This document shows, in pieces, positions 60,515-64,000 of a stretch of 64,000 nucleotides of DNA. The DNA is taken from contig MU006096.1 of the NCBI GenBank assembly GCA_010093705.1, forward strand, positions 1,138,004 through 1,202,003, written 5' to 3'. Under the pieces are notes generated by a model. That model saw only the letters and a list, made by a program, of their open reading frames with translations. It was not told the DNA's origin and did not search any database. Each line of letters opens with the position of its first letter. Position 1 is the stretch's first letter. A program made the translations under genes and the position numbers. This stretch comes from Patellaria atrata CBS 101060. Taxonomy: Eukaryota.

Positions 60515-61602
60515 TTACTGATGTTGCAAAGCATACTGATACACTCCCAACAAACCATCCTCCATACTAGTCTTCGCCCGCCAATTGAATTGCTCAAACG
60601 CTTTCGTCGCATCTCCAATCGAATTCTTATAGACTTCTTTAGTAATTCTCGCTGGGTCGAGAGGATATCTTCCTTCGGTCAATGTCTGATACGGTTCCCA
60701 GAATAGCTTAGGGTCGCGGAATTCAGGTCGATTCCCCATCTTCGCATGTCCCCGCATGATGTCGAAGATGGCCGGCGCAGAGATACCGCTTCCTGAACAG
60801 GCGTTGAAGACCTCGCCATAGTAGCTTTGGGAAGAACGGAGCATCCCGACAAGCAGACGGATTAGGTCATCTACGTGAACGTAGTCACGACGGACATTCG
60901 GATCGTCGTTATACATAATCGGGGTGCGATGATTGGAAAACTCCCTTGCGAGGTACGATGTAAAAGGAGGTGATGTACGTTTGAAATCTTGATGTGGACC
61001 GTAACAACTGGGTTCAGGTCAGCAACCGTTGGCTCACTATATCTGAACCGTTATGCTTACTTGAAGAACCTAACAATCATAGTTTCAAGGCCATAGTTAA
61101 CACTATAAGCTTTGCATAACTGCTCAGCTGCGTGTTTTGTCATGGAATACACTAAATCCGGCATGACTTCGTCACTCTCCTTAAACGAGGCCGATTTAGT
61201 ATTCTCATAGATAGCAGAAGTAGAGGAAAATATGATGCGCTTGACACCGGCAAGTCGAGCAGCTTCAAGCACGTTCCCTGTTCCCGAGACATTGACGTCG
61301 TAAGCTAACTGAGGGTCGCTTTGGCAAACTGGAAGCGCTGCGCACCCAGCAAAATGATATACGACATCAACATCTTTCATCAAGTTGCGCAGTTCCTCAA
61401 GAGGTGCGCGGATGTCCTTAACTACTAATCGACCAAAGGTTTTACCTTCAATCACCAGGTTATCTAGTTGCCCAGAGGACATGTCATCCATAAGAATCAC
61501 CTCATAATCGTTGGAGGATAGGTAGTAGCCCAACTGGGATCCGACAAATCCGGCACCGCCAGTGATGAGGATCTTCGACCTTTTGGGTGTGGGAGGATGC
61601 AT
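60515..61602 (-). CDS. NAD-dependent nucleotide-sugar epimerase/dehydratase (extended SDR), bacterial-like, 2 exons
   Basis: ILITGGAGFVGS, NVSGTGNVLEAAR, FSSTSAIY, YSMTK (YxxxK), RFFN|CYGP, RDYVHVDD. Intron at about 61009-61060. Confidence 0.92.
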
Positions 61603-64000
61603 TTTATTATAGCGTGAAATGGAAAGTGTTGATAGTGACTCTCAACCATAGTGATGAGGAGTTGCCGTTGCTTTGTATCCATAATACAGTTCATATCCCT
61701 TACTTCCTGACAGTCACATTCCAGCATTGTTCCAATATCTTCAGTAAGGACGACACCTACGGAATGAATAAATAAGATAAGAGTAAAAGGACTATATAGA
61801 AGTGATGGTAAAATCTCCTCTCAGGGGAAATTAATAGAGATGGAGTCTGGGCAATACTCAACTTTTAGCCCCCAACTGTACACAGTACAAGAACAACTGC
61901 CGGTCTGAAAGCGAACAGCATATTTTCCCGGGTAATGAGACCGCGGGAGGGGTCGTTTGGCCCGCGAACCTAAATGATAACGGATAGCATTTCGCTGTCG
62001 TGCCAGCCGTGACGTGGGACGCCACAGATTCTGAGCCCTAAGAGTTCTCCTTTCTGTCTCCCCAGAAGTCCTTGAGTATGATTGAGGTTCAACCAACTGG
62101 AATACCTGAACAGAGCCATCCCTCAATTGGGAGCTGTTGGTGGCTAAATGCTTGTCATATCCATTGGTAGAGAGAAGAGCTTTCACAAAGATCACTAAAT
62201 GAGGCTTGTGCTGTTCATGCGGGGTTTGTTAATTCAGGACCTTCTCGGATACACCGCAGAAAAGGGAGATCAGGTGTTCCTGTGGGCTCCGCATATGGAC
62301 AGTGCAGCCGTGGTGTTGGTCTAAATCGGGGAGAAGGGATGGACCGCTCGCACTATTGACGGGAGCGTGGAGGTTCCACAGCACGTCAACTACCTGGAAA
62401 TAGGTTTTGTAGGTAAGAGGGATAGTATACAACAGCCCTCAACGACTAGAGATCTCGGAGAGTCAGGATAAGTGTGCCGACGCAAGTTGATGAATGGTCG
62501 AAAGCTTATGTATCTCGGCTTGGAGCCCGGCGTGATGTTGAATCAGTGTCAGTAGCCGGGCGCTTATGCACATCTTACTCTTGGAAGCACGATAGACGGT
62601 ATATCTAGCCTATCATCGCTCGTCTGGAAGCCAGTATGTGGTCAAAAGCCCTGTGATGTTTCTCAGACGCGTTTGATGACCCTCGCAACCTTCCCATTCC
62701 TAGAGACTCCTGCAGAAAACACTTATCTTCCCCGGTTCGTTTGCCGCAATAGCAGAAAAAGCAAGATGCGATAGTAGTAAAGTGTTCCCGTCGCCACAGA
62801 CAGTGAGCAGAGAAAACGTCTTGTCGGGTCACAATGTGACGGAGTTGAAGATGAAAAATTGCAACCGATTGTAAGCGGTTACAGTTGCGTTGGAGTTGCT
62901 GAAGTTGCTGAGCAGTCCGTGCCAACCTCGCTAAGGGGTGATAAAAGCGCGATATTGCGTTTATCATCACCGCACAACCAATACTGCTGCGATTGGCCAT
63001 GTGGCCGGCGGTACATGAAGCATCGTTCTGCATATCCATCTGCAGTAGTCACAATAGCACTGACCCATATGTTCCCAAAGCTGATCGTTGAACTATCGGA
63101 CAAACAACTGCCCAACACTCTTTGACCAGTTTCCTCACACAAATTTTCTTCTAAGACAGAGGGCAGAATATTACCCCCTTGAAATTCGGACTCGGACTCC
63201 TGATTCTTCCTATGCCTTGCAACTTGAAAAGCTGTCCCGCCAATAGACGGGGCGCTAATCCTCATTCCCTCCATAGGCCCGTTGTCATGCGTTTCACACC
63301 TAGAGATAATGTCAATAGACGTTACCGTCACCACGGTTGAAGCCACTGCTATTTTGCCACGTCTAACTCTCTATTGGTGTCCTCTCTGCAGTATCCATGT
63401 ATGTACAGTACAGCCATTCTCCGTAATCAAGTCCTTGGTGAATATGACAGCTCAACTGTCTTTAGGAATCGAATTGCTCCAGGCAGGAAGTTCCGGTCCC
63501 AGACCTCATTGTGACCCAACATGTAATTCCGGTACTTCCTCATTAACCCAAGTCTGATTAATTCAAAACAATCTCAGGGCATCGCCCGTGTCATGCAAAT
63601 TCAAATGTTGCCACCCTTGTCCTCCGCCTCTTTGATGGTAAAAATATCATGCGCCGCCCGCTAATTGAAACCACCCACCCAGTATGTCGGAACTCGTTGT
63701 ATTCACAATAGACCAGTTTTGCGCATCAATTATACAATTAATAATTCGGTCTGTGGTATCATTGAGGGCTGGCCGAGATGTCCCAGAGCCTAAATCGATG
63801 CTTCGTAGATTGGACCTGCGATAGAAGAGAGGAGGAACTTCTGGTCCGGTTGCGTTGATAATCTTCTCTCGGAATGCTGAAAGAGAAGGGAGGGCGATGA
63901 AGAGTGGGTTCTAGACCTTCTACGTCCTCGCATTGCTGGGCTATGACGCCTAAATTGAGGGCGCTTTGGACATCCACTCTCCTCATGCCTGTGGGATGAT

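Noticed and set aside
61821..63986. Several 70-155 aa ORFs at the right end (possible degraded gene or transposon)
   Set aside because: No transposase, RT or other motif, no terminal repeats seen and no coherent exon chain.

Overview
Gene-dense, intron-containing genomic DNA from a filamentous ascomycete (Pezizomycotina; short GT-AG introns with CTRAY branch points; Dothideomycete affinity is only a guess). About 30 protein-coding genes are supported. The left flank carries housekeeping genes: SUN-domain protein, ARC1, MFS transporter, GATase, Golgi apyrase YND1, GPN2 and BUB3. At 15.5-30.5 kb lies an uninterrupted block of five Golgi-type glycan-building genes (a GT8 that has lost its DXD motif, GT34, a Stealth/XPT1-like sugar-phosphotransferase and two GT25 paralogues) around one secreted Thr/Tyr/Pro-rich repeat protein. 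This is the best candidate for an undescribed system: a surface glycoprotein plus its own glycosylation toolkit. A housekeeping run follows: KEI1, con-10, SEN34, OPI10, Nudix, RPB8, ELP4, SCC2, RPA12, DOHH, hemerythrin, COA2-like and PP4. The gene-poor right end holds a structured minus-strand element with Pol III promoter signals that does not fold as a tRNA (about 58.19-58.37 kb) and a bacterial-type nucleotide-sugar epimerase. All calls come from reading motifs by eye; no searches were run and some exon boundaries are approximate.
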